From contig CAZWIJ010000006.1 of NCBI GenBank assembly GCA_964633865.1, forward strand, positions 25,858 through 89,857: a stretch of DNA of 64,000 nucleotides, in the 5' to 3' direction. This DNA comes from an uncultured Candidatus Saccharibacteria bacterium (GTDB lineage: Bacteria; Patescibacteriota; Minisyncoccia; SW-4-49-11). The position numbers were made by a program, and so were the translations under genes. Positions 22,997 through 32,895 of this stretch are shown in pieces (the stretch's first letter is position 1; each line of letters opens with the position of its first letter). A model generated the notes under the pieces. That model saw nothing but the letters and a program-made list of their open reading frames with translations. It had not been told where the DNA came from and did no database searches.

Positions 22997-23950
22997 ATGC
23001 TAATTTTGATTCATGGAAAAGATTTATATAGATCTTTAGATCAGATCAAAGCTATAAAAAAACAAGCTTTGTTGAAAAATGCAGAGATACACTCATATAA
23101 TCTAGATGAAGTTGATAAATTGAAACAACTTAAAGTTTTAGAAGAGATCAAACAAAGTTCTGAATTAGGAATATTTAATTCTAGTAAAAAACTTATAATA
23201 ATAAATAATTTTAGTAGTTATTATAAACAAAATTTATTTGATATAAAACCTTTCTTTGATATTATTCAAAGATCTAAAGAAGATATATTTGTTTTTTTTG
23301 AACCAGAAAAATTAATTTCTACAGATAAAATTTATAAATATTTAGTTAAATTAGAATCAAAAGTATATGAATTTGACTCTTTAACAGGACAAAAAAGAAT
23401 TGCTTATACAAATAAGTTAGCTATGAAGTATGATATAATTTTAGACACAAAATCAATTATAAAAATACAAGAAATTTCAAATAATGATAATTTTGTAATA
23501 AATAATTTATTAAATAAAATAGCAAATTTATACTTAGAAAAATTTGTTACAATTGATATGATTCAAAAATTTGAATCAAGATCAGAAGAATATAAAATAT
23601 TTGTCTTTACAGAATATATTCTCAAAAAAAATTTTAGAGATATTTTTAAAGTTATAGATAATTTTGAAAATAAAAGAGAAGAACCTTTAAAATTACTAGC
23701 ATTTCTTATATCTCAAATTAAAAAAGCATTAATGATTAAAGATCTTCAACATAATGGAATTAAAGATTATAATAATTATTTTGAAGGAAATACTTATTCT
23801 GTTAACATAATGGCTTCCCAAGTATCGAAATGGAGTTTATTGGATTTGAAACTTTTCTATTTTGATCTGATTGATTTAGACTATAAAATTAAATTTGATG
23901 GAAATAAACCTTATATTTTAATTAAGTCTTTTTTTAATAAATATATATAA
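22997..23950 (+). CDS. holA: DNA polymerase III delta subunit
   Basis: LILIHGKDLY, GIF..KKLIII, EEPLKLL, DLDYKIK; typical length; next to rpsT. Confidence 0.75.
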   Translation: MLILIHGKDLYRSLDQIKAIKKQALLKNAEIHSYNLDEVDKLKQLKVLEEIKQSSELGIFNSSKKLIIINNFSSYYKQNLFDIKPFFDIIQRSKEDIFVFFEPEKLISTDKIYKYLVKLESKVYEFDSLTGQKRIAYTNKLAMKYDIILDTKSIIKIQEISNNDNFVINNLLNKIANLYLEKFVTIDMIQKFESRSEEYKIFVFTEYILKKNFRDIFKVIDNFENKREEPLKLLAFLISQIKKALMIKDLQHNGIKDYNNYFEGNTYSVNIMASQVSKWSLLDLKLFYFDLIDLDYKIKFDGNKPYILIKSFFNKYI

Positions 23951-24024
23951 ATTTATAATCAACAAAACAAAAAAAGTACACAGTTAATTTTATCAACCAT
24001 GTACTTTTAATTTTGAATATTGAT

Positions 24025-24288
24025 CTATTCTACAGTTTTATTAATAGATTTCATGACATTAGATTTCTTTCTACTAGCATTATTTTTTTTAATGATTCCT
24101 TTCTTTGCAGCTTTATCAATACTTTTATATACTTTAGGTAAAAGTTCTTTAGCTTTCTCTAAGTTTTGACTAGATAGCTCCTTAATCTCTTTTATATTAC
24201 TTTTCATAATTCTTTTTACAGAATTATTTTCAGATTGTCTTTTTAGGGATTGCTTCTCAGCTTTTTTCGCGGATGATGTAATAGGCAT
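24025..24288 (-). CDS. rpsT: 30S ribosomal protein S20
   Basis: MPITSSAKKA, IDKAAKKGIIKKNNASRKKS. Confidence 0.97.
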   Translation of the reverse strand: MPITSSAKKAEKQSLKRQSENNSVKRIMKSNIKEIKELSSQNLEKAKELLPKVYKSIDKAAKKGIIKKNNASRKKSNVMKSINKTVE

Positions 24289-24300
24289 ATATGATACTGA

Positions 24301-24528
24301 TTATCTTGTTATATAAGGTACAATTGCTAGAAATCTTGCTCTCTTAATTGCATTAGCTAAATCTCTTTGATGAGATGTTTTTGTTCCAGTTCTTTTTTTA
24401 GATACAATTTTAGCTTGTGGAGACATAAACATCTTTAGAGTAACAGCATCTTTATAGTCTATTTTATCAACATTATTAGTTGTGAAGTAGCATACTTTAG
24501 GTGCTTTTTTCTTATTCTTATTATTCAT
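24301..24528 (-). CDS. rpsR: 30S ribosomal protein S18
   Basis: IDYKD, HQR.LANAIKRARFLA. Confidence 0.97.
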   Translation of the reverse strand: MNNKNKKKAPKVCYFTTNNVDKIDYKDAVTLKMFMSPQAKIVSKKRTGTKTSHQRDLANAIKRARFLAIVPYITR

Positions 24529-24540
24529 ATAATTATTAAA

Positions 24541-25011
24541 TTAAAAAGGTATTTCTTCTAAATTGATTTCATCTTCATCAATATTTACAGTAGGTAATTC
24601 TTCTGATGGAATATTCTGAGCTGTTTGTTGTGGACGAGATGATGGTTTTGCTTGAGAATAATTGTTACTATTGGATCCAGAGGTGGTTTTTGGTCCTAAT
24701 TGAAATGTTTCAATTATAATTTCAGTCTTATAATTTTTTTTACCATCTTGAGATTCCCAAGATCTGGTTTGTAGTCTTCCTTCAATCATTATTGAAGACC
24801 CTTTTTTCATATATTGGTAGATAATCTCAGCTGGTTTTCCATATCCAACAATACTATGATATTCAACAGATTCTTGTTTCTGACCTTGCTGATCTTTCCA
24901 AGATCGGTTAGTAGCTATTCCAAAGTTTACTACTGAGTTTCCATTTGGTAAAGATTTTAGTTCAGGATCTTGTGTTAAGTTACCGAATAAAATGACTTTA
25001 TTTAGATACAT
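24541..25011 (-). CDS. ssb: Single-stranded DNA-binding protein
   Basis: [25 protein letters not shown]-terminal EEIPF. Confidence 0.97.
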   Translation of the reverse strand: MYLNKVILFGNLTQDPELKSLPNGNSVVNFGIATNRSWKDQQGQKQESVEYHSIVGYGKPAEIIYQYMKKGSSIMIEGRLQTRSWESQDGKKNYKTEIIIETFQLGPKTTSGSNSNNYSQAKPSSRPQQTAQNIPSEELPTVNIDEDEINLEEIPF

Positions 25012-25023
25012 AAGTTTATTGAG

Positions 25024-25419
25024 TTATAAATTACTATTTTCTTCTACAACTTCTTCTTCAGAATCTTGAGCAACAGGAGTGACTTTTTCTACAGGTTTTA
25101 ATTCTACAAAATCTTTTATCACTAGAAATCTTAAGATACTTTCTTCTCTTGATAGTATTGTGTCTAATTCTTTTAATTTAGATCCTTCAAGTTCAAATAT
25201 AGATGTATAGTAGTAACCTTGTCTATAATGTTTTATAGGAAAAGCAAACATTCTAAGATTGTTTTCATCTGTTCCTCCTCTCTCAACAGAAAAGGTTCTT
25301 TCGGTTGAAAATATTTTTCCTTTTAGAGATTCAATGTGAGATTTTACTAATAAGTTTTTGGAGTCTTGCTCTTCAGTTGTTAATTCTGGCTTTAAAATAT
25401 AAGTTATTTCGTACTTCAT
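25024..25419 (-). CDS. rpsF: 30S ribosomal protein S6
   Basis: MKYEITYILKP, FAFPIK..QGYY, ILRFLVIK; start set at ATG 25419. Confidence 0.93.
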   Translation of the reverse strand: MKYEITYILKPELTTEEQDSKNLLVKSHIESLKGKIFSTERTFSVERGGTDENNLRMFAFPIKHYRQGYYYTSIFELEGSKLKELDTILSREESILRFLVIKDFVELKPVEKVTPVAQDSEEEVVEENSNL

Positions 25420-25510
25420 TAATATAATGATAAATTTTAATAAATATAAGGGCTTTATGTTTGTAGATAGCAAACAAATTTATAGTCGTAACTTTTGCGA
25501 AGTTATTAAT

Positions 25511-25539
25511 ATAATAGCTTATTTATAGAAAAAAAGCAA
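25511..25539 (-). promoter_or_regulatory. Sigma70 promoter for rpsF-ssb-rpsR-rpsT
   Basis: TTGCTT-17bp-TATTAT on the minus strand. Confidence 0.6.
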
Positions 25540-25547
25540 TACTTTAT

Positions 25548-26003
25548 TTAAGGAATTATGAAGGATTGTTCAGATAATCCTTCTACAAAAGTTGTATTAT
25601 CAAAGTTATTTACCCCCCCAACACCAATATCTCCATTTGAATTTTTTATAATAAAGTAATATGTTCTATTATTTTGATTCGGATCTTTTGGAATTTCTTT
25701 TATATATGCTGGTTTTAATATTGATAAATCTACTAAATTAGTACATATGGAGTCACTGTCAAGGCAGATTTCATTTATAGAATTATCAGATAAGTTCTCA
25801 ATTGATGATGGGTATTGCTTGTTTTTTAAAGTGTATTGCTCTATGGCTGTGTAAATTTTTAACACATTGGATTTATTTACATTATCTTTGGATTGGATTA
25901 AAATAGAGTTTGGGTCAATAGATGTAAAAATAATACCCATTAATATACCTATAAGAGCTATACTTAATAATACTTCTAGTAAAGAAAAAGCTTTTTTTGT
26001 CAT
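25548..26003 (-). CDS. Type IV pilin/pseudopilin, head only; same family as the pilin-adhesin fusions
   Basis: KA|FSLLEVLL; AIEQY...YP...EIC...VDL..L.P.YI.EIPKDP. Confidence 0.85.
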   Translation of the reverse strand: MTKKAFSLLEVLLSIALIGILMGIIFTSIDPNSILIQSKDNVNKSNVLKIYTAIEQYTLKNKQYPSSIENLSDNSINEICLDSDSICTNLVDLSILKPAYIKEIPKDPNQNNRTYYFIIKNSNGDIGVGGVNNFDNTTFVEGLSEQSFIIP

Positions 26004-26158
26004 GATTTTTAAATTATTCTTACATAATATAATTATATCATTATTCAATTGATATTGAAAATATTAATATATTATTTTTAAAATTGTATTAATCCTTATT
26101 CACATAAATTAGAAAATAAGGTATAATAGAAATGTATCTTATTTTAAATCACTAGCCA

Positions 26159-26839
26159 ATGGCAAATAAAAAAATACAACCAAGGAATAATCCTAAAAAT
26201 AGTACACAGAAATATCTTGATATAGAAAGTATTCAGGACAGTGTTGTCATATTAAAAACAGGGGGGCTTAGAGCTGTACTTATGTGTTCTTCAATTAACT
26301 TTGATTTGAAATCTAACGAAGAACAAGATTCTATTATCTATGCTTATCAGGGATTTCTAAATTCAATTGATTATCCTGTACAGATACAAATTACATCTAG
26401 AGTCTTAAATGTGTCAGGATACCTGAATTATTTAAAAGAATTTGAAGAGAATCAACCTAATGATCTTTTGAGAGCTCAAACAATTGAATATTCTAAATTT
26501 ATTAAGGAAATGGTAGATGGATCAAATATAGTAAATAAGATTTTTTATATAGTTATTCCTTTTGAACCAATAGAAAAACCTGAAGGATTACTTGATAAAA
26601 TAAGTTCTGGTTTCTCTCCAAAATCAGATAATTTAGTATATAGTAAAGAAGATTTTGAGAAATATAAGACACAGCTTTGGCAAAGAGTAAATAATATAAT
26701 GTATGGATTAAAGAGATCTGGAATATATATGACTCCTCTTAATACACAAGAATTAATAGAATTATTTTACTCAATTTATAATCCAGACAGTATTCCAGTA
26801 GAATCTCTTAGTAATGTAGAAACTTTAGATATAACTTAA
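26159..26839 (+). CDS. TraC/VirB4-N-like accessory protein of a conjugation-type system
   Basis: STQKYLDIESIQDSVVILK, SSINFDLKS.EEQ..I..YQ.FLNS, LNTQELIELFYSIYNP; directly upstream of the VirB4-like gene. Confidence 0.7.
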   Translation: MANKKIQPRNNPKNSTQKYLDIESIQDSVVILKTGGLRAVLMCSSINFDLKSNEEQDSIIYAYQGFLNSIDYPVQIQITSRVLNVSGYLNYLKEFEENQPNDLLRAQTIEYSKFIKEMVDGSNIVNKIFYIVIPFEPIEKPEGLLDKISSGFSPKSDNLVYSKEDFEKYKTQLWQRVNNIMYGLKRSGIYMTPLNTQELIELFYSIYNPDSIPVESLSNVETLDIT

Positions 26840-26841
26840 AC

Positions 26842-28692
26842 ATGTTTAAAAAAAATAAAATCAATCAAATAAGTGTTACTAGCAAAAATTTAGATTTAGA
26901 ATACCTTCGAGGTCAGAATAATCTAAAAGATTTTTTAGCACCTGCTTCAATTCTAGTTGATTCTAAATATCTTAAAATAGGTACAAAGTATGCAAGAACA
27001 ATTTTTGTTATGACATATCCTAGATTTTTGGTTACAGGTTGGTTTTCTCCTTTAATAAATTTGGATTATGTTATGGATGTTTCAATGTTTTTATACCCTA
27101 TGGATAGTGGAGTAATTCTTAAAACTTTAAGAACACAAGTAACTAGATTCCAAGCATCAATGTCATCAGCTTATGAGAAAGGTTTGGTTAGGGATCCTGT
27201 TGTAGAGACAGCATATAAAGATGCTGAGAACTTAAGAGATAGGTTGCAACAAGGAACAGAAAAGTTCTTTAGATTCGGATTGTATATGACAATATATGCA
27301 GATACAGAAAAACAAATAGACAAATATATTATTGATGTAAATAATATATTACAAACTAGAATGGTATATTCCAAACCTTGTTTATTTCAATCTGAACAAG
27401 GTTTCAAGTCAACAATGCCATTATTAATAGATGAATTGGATATTGGTAATAATTTAAACACGGCTCCATTATCAACTACATTTCCTTTTATATCTGCTAA
27501 TATTTCATCTAATAAAGGTATTTTATATGGAATTAATAGACATAATAATAGTTTGATTTTATTTGATAGATTTTCCATGGAGAATGCAAATGAAGTTATT
27601 TTCGCCAAATCAGGAGGTGGAAAAAGTTATTTGGCAAAGTTAGAAATATTGAGACATTTAATGTTGGGTGTGGAAGTTATTGTTATAGATCCAGAAAATG
27701 AATATTCATATTTAACAGAAGCTGTAGGAGGAACCTTTATCAAGATAGCTTTATCTTCTCGTCAGCATATTAATCCATTTGATTTGCCAGAGCCAAGATC
27801 AGATGAATCTTTATCAGATTTGATGAAGTCTAATATAGCAGATTTAACAGGTATGCTTAGGCTTATGTTGCAGGGAGCAAATTCCAAGGATAAATTCACT
27901 TCTGAGGAAGAGGCAATTATTGATCAAGCACTTTATGAGACATATGCTTCTAAAGATATTAATTTAGATACAGATACTCTTGAGGGAAAATCTACTCCAA
28001 CTTTTTCAGACCTAGAAAATATTTTGAGGAACATAGATGGAGGTGATATGTTAGCTTTAAGATTGTCAAAATATACAACAGGGAGCTTTGCTGGATTTAT
28101 TAATGAACCGACTAATATAGATTTTCAAAATCAGTTAATTGTATTCAATACAAGAGATATGGAAGATGAATTACAATCATTAGCTATGTTTTTGATTACT
28201 CAATTTATTTGGAAAGAGGTTAGAAGAACATTGAAAAAAAGAATATTAGTAGTTGATGAAGCTTGGATTATGATGAAACATGATGCTCCAGCTTCTTTCT
28301 TATTTTCTTTAGCAAAGAGAGCTAGAAAATATTATTTAGGATTAACTACAATTACCCAAGACATAGCTGATTTTCTAAATTCAGATTATGGAAAGGCAAT
28401 TCTAACAAATTCTTCTATGCAGATTCTTTTAAAACAATCACCAGCTTCTATAGATCTAATCAAACAAACATTTTACCTAACAGAAGAAGAGAAATATCTT
28501 TTATTAGAATCTGATGTGGGAGAAGGTATCTTCTTTGCAGGATTAAAGCATGCTGCAATCAAAGTAGTTGCATCTTATGGTGAAGATCAACTTATAACTT
28601 CAGATCCTGAACAAATACTAAAAATGAGACAAATTAAAAGTAGTCAAAATAATCAAAATTCTGAATCAGATCCATTCTCAATTAATTTATAA
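26842..28692 (+). CDS. VirB4-like type IV secretion/conjugation ATPase
   Basis: Walker A AKSGGGKS, VIDPENEY, INPFD, Walker B VVDEAW, RARKY, TQD. Confidence 0.9.
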   Translation: MFKKNKINQISVTSKNLDLEYLRGQNNLKDFLAPASILVDSKYLKIGTKYARTIFVMTYPRFLVTGWFSPLINLDYVMDVSMFLYPMDSGVILKTLRTQVTRFQASMSSAYEKGLVRDPVVETAYKDAENLRDRLQQGTEKFFRFGLYMTIYADTEKQIDKYIIDVNNILQTRMVYSKPCLFQSEQGFKSTMPLLIDELDIGNNLNTAPLSTTFPFISANISSNKGILYGINRHNNSLILFDRFSMENANEVIFAKSGGGKSYLAKLEILRHLMLGVEVIVIDPENEYSYLTEAVGGTFIKIALSSRQHINPFDLPEPRSDESLSDLMKSNIADLTGMLRLMLQGANSKDKFTSEEEAIIDQALYETYASKDINLDTDTLEGKSTPTFSDLENILRNIDGGDMLALRLSKYTTGSFAGFINEPTNIDFQNQLIVFNTRDMEDELQSLAMFLITQFIWKEVRRTLKKRILVVDEAWIMMKHDAPASFLFSLAKRARKYYLGLTTITQDIADFLNSDYGKAILTNSSMQILLKQSPASIDLIKQTFYLTEEEKYLLLESDVGEGIFFAGLKHAAIKVVASYGEDQLITSDPEQILKMRQIKSSQNNQNSESDPFSINL

Positions 28693-28697
28693 ATATT

Positions 28698-29813
28698 ATG
28701 ATTCCTTCTAAGTTAAAAAAAATTCTCATAATAGTTTCAATAATATTAACAATCATAGTAACAATTTTTATTATATATTTTTTATTTTTTAGATCTGGGG
28801 ATGATAACAATATTAACTCAACAATAAATTCACCCGTTGAAGATAATAATAATGATAAAAAAGCATCTATTTTAATTGAAGATGAAATTTTAGATTACAC
28901 AATAAGTCCTTCTAATGAAATAACTTATTATAAAAAATCAAATGGGCATACATATACAACAAATAATCAAGGATCTACTCCTAAACTGATAAGTGATTTT
29001 AATTTAAATAATTTATATAAAGTTGAATGGGCTCCTTCAAAACCATTTGTACTAATTAATTTAGATTCTAAATTTAGTGTATATAATTATATTGAAAAGA
29101 AGTCTTTTCCTTTTCCAAATGATATTTTTGAGGTAGGGTTTTTATCTAATAATAAAATATATTATGTTATCAAAAATGATATAGACTTATATGACATAGT
29201 TGTTTCTAATGAAGATGGATCCAATAAAACCCCAATTATGGTGATGATGACAGACAAAGTTTTATTGGATTCTGTACCACTAACAACAAATATAAGTCAA
29301 ATACTATCACCTCCAAGTGCATTTAGAGAATCTCCTTTAAGAATAATTGACACAATCCAAAAAACAGCAAGTTCTATCTTGGAACCAAAATATGGTTTGA
29401 ATGTATCTTGGTCTCCGACTGGAGAGAATGGCATAATAACATATAGTAGCGAAAAAGGAGGTAAAACTATGTATATGTCGCTTATAGACAACAAAGGAGT
29501 AGAACAAATTTCTTTTAAGCCAATAGGGACAATAGCAGAAAAGATAACTTGGTCTCGTGATGGCAATATTGTTTATTTTACACAACCATTAGTGCCTAAT
29601 AACAAGGTAATGCCTGATGACTATTATGATAATAAAGTGGGTAAATTTTATGAAGCTTTATATAAAATAGATTTAACTTCATTTAAAGTCGAAATATTAT
29701 CAAAAAATATAGGTTTAGTTGATTCAAGAGACTTAAAGTTGAGTGCATCTGGTAAGGAAATATTTTTTATAAATAAGAATGATAATAAACTCTATAAATA
29801 TTCTATTGAATAA
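28698..29813 (+). CDS. Membrane-anchored beta-propeller (TolB-like) protein
   Basis: N-terminal TM; WAPS, WSPTG and WSRDG blade motifs; PDDYY. Confidence 0.65.
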   Translation: MIPSKLKKILIIVSIILTIIVTIFIIYFLFFRSGDDNNINSTINSPVEDNNNDKKASILIEDEILDYTISPSNEITYYKKSNGHTYTTNNQGSTPKLISDFNLNNLYKVEWAPSKPFVLINLDSKFSVYNYIEKKSFPFPNDIFEVGFLSNNKIYYVIKNDIDLYDIVVSNEDGSNKTPIMVMMTDKVLLDSVPLTTNISQILSPPSAFRESPLRIIDTIQKTASSILEPKYGLNVSWSPTGENGIITYSSEKGGKTMYMSLIDNKGVEQISFKPIGTIAEKITWSRDGNIVYFTQPLVPNNKVMPDDYYDNKVGKFYEALYKIDLTSFKVEILSKNIGLVDSRDLKLSASGKEIFFINKNDNKLYKYSIE

Positions 29814-29858
29814 TTGATTATTTCTTAAAGATAATATATATGCTTATAAATTAAAATA

Positions 29859-30221
29859 ATGAACAAAAAAATAATTGAAGAAATTAGATTGTTTTATAGT
29901 ATAATTATATTTGTTAATGTAATTATTATTGTGAGTAGTTATACACTAAGATTTATTGAAAAAGAAGATTTTAATATGTGGCTAATGTTTAGTTCAGGAG
30001 TAGTTGCTATTTATGGGATATTTTTGTTTATAACCTTATTATCATTTTGGAAAGATAAAAGTTTAAAAGTATTGATTGTATTCAGTTTTTATTTATTAGT
30101 TATTATAGGTACCTTAACAGTATTATTAAGTCCAGTAAAAGTTCCTATAATGTCATTTGTAGGAAGTATTTTAATGGCAATTAAATTTACTGAGATTGAT
30201 AGTTTAAAGAATGATAGTTGA
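29859..30221 (+). CDS. Hypothetical membrane protein
   Basis: Four hydrophobic segments. Confidence 0.65.
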   Translation: MNKKIIEEIRLFYSIIIFVNVIIIVSSYTLRFIEKEDFNMWLMFSSGVVAIYGIFLFITLLSFWKDKSLKVLIVFSFYLLVIIGTLTVLLSPVKVPIMSFVGSILMAIKFTEIDSLKNDS

Positions 30222-30278
30222 AGATTTATTTTATATATGATACAATATATATATTAGGAATAAATACATTGTATATCT

Positions 30279-30452
30279 ATGAAATCAAAATTAGAATCTG
30301 AAAATGAATTAAAAATCAATATTGTAGATACAAGTTCTCATATCACAGAAGAGGTGAAAGTTGTTTATGATAAAGATAAGAAAAGAGACATAAAATTAGA
30401 AGATAATTCTAAAATAAAAGTATCCTTAGATAATCTTCATAAAAAGAAGTAA
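30279..30452 (+). CDS. Small hypothetical protein (57 aa) not in the ORF track
   Basis: ATG..TAA; MKSKLESENELKINIVDTSS...LHKKK; follows tgatacaat -10 at about 30238-30246. Confidence 0.5.
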   Translation: MKSKLESENELKINIVDTSSHITEEVKVVYDKDKKRDIKLEDNSKIKVSLDNLHKKK

Positions 30453-30470
30453 ATAATAATAATTACAACC

Positions 30471-30881
30471 ATGAAAATTAATATAGTAGATTTAACAATA
30501 GAAAATCAAGATTATAGAAAAGTAATTTATACAGGAGTAGATAGTCAGCTTGTTATTATGAATATCAAACCAGGTGAAGATATAGGAGAAGAAATGTATC
30601 AAGATGTTGACCAGATAACAGTTATAATAGAAGGGAAAGGAGAACTTACTATGCAAGGAGAAGAAAATAGCGCAGTCTCTGACAATGATTTAGTATTTGT
30701 TTCAGCTGGTAAATATCATAATATAGAAAATGTAGGAGATACTGACCTCAAATTATATACAATTTATGCTCCCCCAGAATTTCAGCCAAATACAATTGAA
30801 GAATTTAATGAAAATTCAGATAAAGGTTTTGGAGAGATTAATAAGTCAGTTTATGGAGATGATTGGGAAAATAATTATTAA
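30471..30881 (+). CDS. Cupin domain protein
   Basis: YRKVIYTG..SQLVIM.I.PGEDIGEE, AGKYHNIEN.G, LKLYTIYAPP. Confidence 0.9.
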   Translation: MKINIVDLTIENQDYRKVIYTGVDSQLVIMNIKPGEDIGEEMYQDVDQITVIIEGKGELTMQGEENSAVSDNDLVFVSAGKYHNIENVGDTDLKLYTIYAPPEFQPNTIEEFNENSDKGFGEINKSVYGDDWENNY

Positions 30882-30883
30882 AG

Positions 30884-31561
30884 ATGAAAATATTAGTTGT
30901 TGAAGATGATATAGATATTCTAGATAGTATAGCTAGTTTTTTAGAAAAAAATCTATATATAGTTGACAAATGCTCAAATGGTAATGATGCTTTAAGACTT
31001 TTATTAAATGGAGAATATGAAGTTTGTTTATTAGATATAAACTTGCCTAATATAAGTGGTGTTGAGATTCTTAAAATTGTTCGTCATAAAAATATAAAAA
31101 CACCAATTATAATAATTACAGCCAAATCACAGTTAAAATCTAAAATAGAAAATTTTGAATTAGGTGCTGATGATTATATTGTAAAGCCATTTCATTTAAA
31201 AGAAGTTTTATTAAGGGTAAACTCTGTCATTAGAAGATCTAGTTTAAATAAAGATGTTTTATTAAAAATTGGGAAGTGGTCAGTATATCCAGATAAATTA
31301 TTATGTATATCAGATTCAAAAATGGAAGTGGAAATCTCAAATAAAGAGATGCAACTATTGGTTTACCTTATAAGAAATAAGAATAAATATATTTCTTCAG
31401 AAGAAATATTAGAACATGTTTGGGATAGAGAATTTAATTTTTTTTCAGATACTATTAAAACTCATATTAAAAATTTAAGAAATAAAATTGATAAAGATAA
31501 AAATTTGATCAAAACAAGTAAAGGTAAAGGATATGGAGTTTTTGATAGTATTCACGATTAA
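30884..31561 (+). CDS. OmpR/PhoB-family response regulator
   Basis: Receiver domain (VEDD, LDINLP, GADDYIVKPF) plus winged helix (THIKNLRNKI, GKGY). Confidence 0.95.
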   Translation: MKILVVEDDIDILDSIASFLEKNLYIVDKCSNGNDALRLLLNGEYEVCLLDINLPNISGVEILKIVRHKNIKTPIIIITAKSQLKSKIENFELGADDYIVKPFHLKEVLLRVNSVIRRSSLNKDVLLKIGKWSVYPDKLLCISDSKMEVEISNKEMQLLVYLIRNKNKYISSEEILEHVWDREFNFFSDTIKTHIKNLRNKIDKDKNLIKTSKGKGYGVFDSIHD

Positions 31562-31699
31562 TTCACTTTGTATATGTTATTATATTCTTAAATATGAATT
31601 TAATTCATATTTAAGTACTATCTTCATAAAAATAAAATGTTATAATATTATCAGAAGAAGACATATTGAAGAAATGTCTTTTTTTGATATAATAAATAT

Positions 31700-32851
31700 A
31701 TGAATAAAAAATTATCACTAAAATTTAGATTAGTATTTTGGTACACAATGTTATTTGTTGTATTAACAGTGGTTCTGTTATCAGGAATGTTATTATTATC
31801 ATATAGATATTACAATAGAAGTCAGTTTGGGATTGATAATCTATCAACTTATGATATAGAAAATATTTTAGCTCAGAATTTATCAGAAGAAAAAAAGAAA
31901 GAAGAGATAGTAAATCTGGTCTCACAAGTTAGAAAAGAGGATTTTTATAGAATACAACAATCTTCTATATTAATATTTGTAGTATTGTTTGCACTATCAT
32001 GGGGGGGAGGAAACTTGATAGTATCTGAAGTGTTGAATCCTATTCGTACTCTTAATAATAAAATTAAAAAAATAAATGTTGATAATTTGGTTAAAATTAA
32101 ATATGATTATCAAGATGAAGATTTACAAGAGTTAGTTTGGTCAATAAACCAAATGATATTAAGGTTAAAAGATAGTTTAGATGATCAAGCAGAATTCGTA
32201 GATAATGCATCTCATGAATTAAAAACTCCTTTAACTAGTCTTTTGTTACAGTTAGAAACTTTATTGGAAGAGAAAGATAAAAATGATAAGGATAATTTTA
32301 TCTTAGAAAAATCAATTAAAAATATTGAAAAAATAAATGATTTAATCAATGATCTCACATTATTATCTATTCAAAAAGATCAATTACAATTTAAAAACTA
32401 TAATTTGAGTAATATTATAAATGAAAGTATTAGTTCAGTTTCATTATTACTAAAGGTAAAAAATATAAATATACAAAAGGAAGGTGAATTTGATTTTAAA
32501 ATAAAAGCAGTCAAAAGTTTATTAGTAAGAAGTATTAATAATTTATTAGAAAATGCTATAAAATATTCACCTAATAATAGTCTCATCAAAATAAAAGGTT
32601 TTTCTAAAGATAAGAAATTATATATAGATATTATAGATTCAGGAGAAGGAATAAAAGAAGAATATTTAAGTAAAATATTTGATCGGTTTTATAGGATAGA
32701 TAATTCAAGATCAAAATTAACTGGTGGAAGAGGGTTAGGTCTTACGATAGCGAAATCAATTATAACCTTACATGAAGGTAATATAAGTGTTTCTAATAAC
32801 AAAAATGGAGGAGCTAAGTTTACTGTACAATTAATATTAGAAAAAATATGA
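31700..32851 (+). CDS. HAMP-domain sensor histidine kinase
   Basis: 2 TM; ASHELKTPLT, NLLENAIKY, DSGEGI, IFDRFYR, GRGLGL. Confidence 0.95.
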   Translation: MNKKLSLKFRLVFWYTMLFVVLTVVLLSGMLLLSYRYYNRSQFGIDNLSTYDIENILAQNLSEEKKKEEIVNLVSQVRKEDFYRIQQSSILIFVVLFALSWGGGNLIVSEVLNPIRTLNNKIKKINVDNLVKIKYDYQDEDLQELVWSINQMILRLKDSLDDQAEFVDNASHELKTPLTSLLLQLETLLEEKDKNDKDNFILEKSIKNIEKINDLINDLTLLSIQKDQLQFKNYNLSNIINESISSVSLLLKVKNINIQKEGEFDFKIKAVKSLLVRSINNLLENAIKYSPNNSLIKIKGFSKDKKLYIDIIDSGEGIKEEYLSKIFDRFYRIDNSRSKLTGGRGLGLTIAKSIITLHEGNISVSNNKNGGAKFTVQLILEKI

Positions 32852-32895
32852 TATAATGTATTAGTAATATTATAAATAAATGTCATATATAAATT

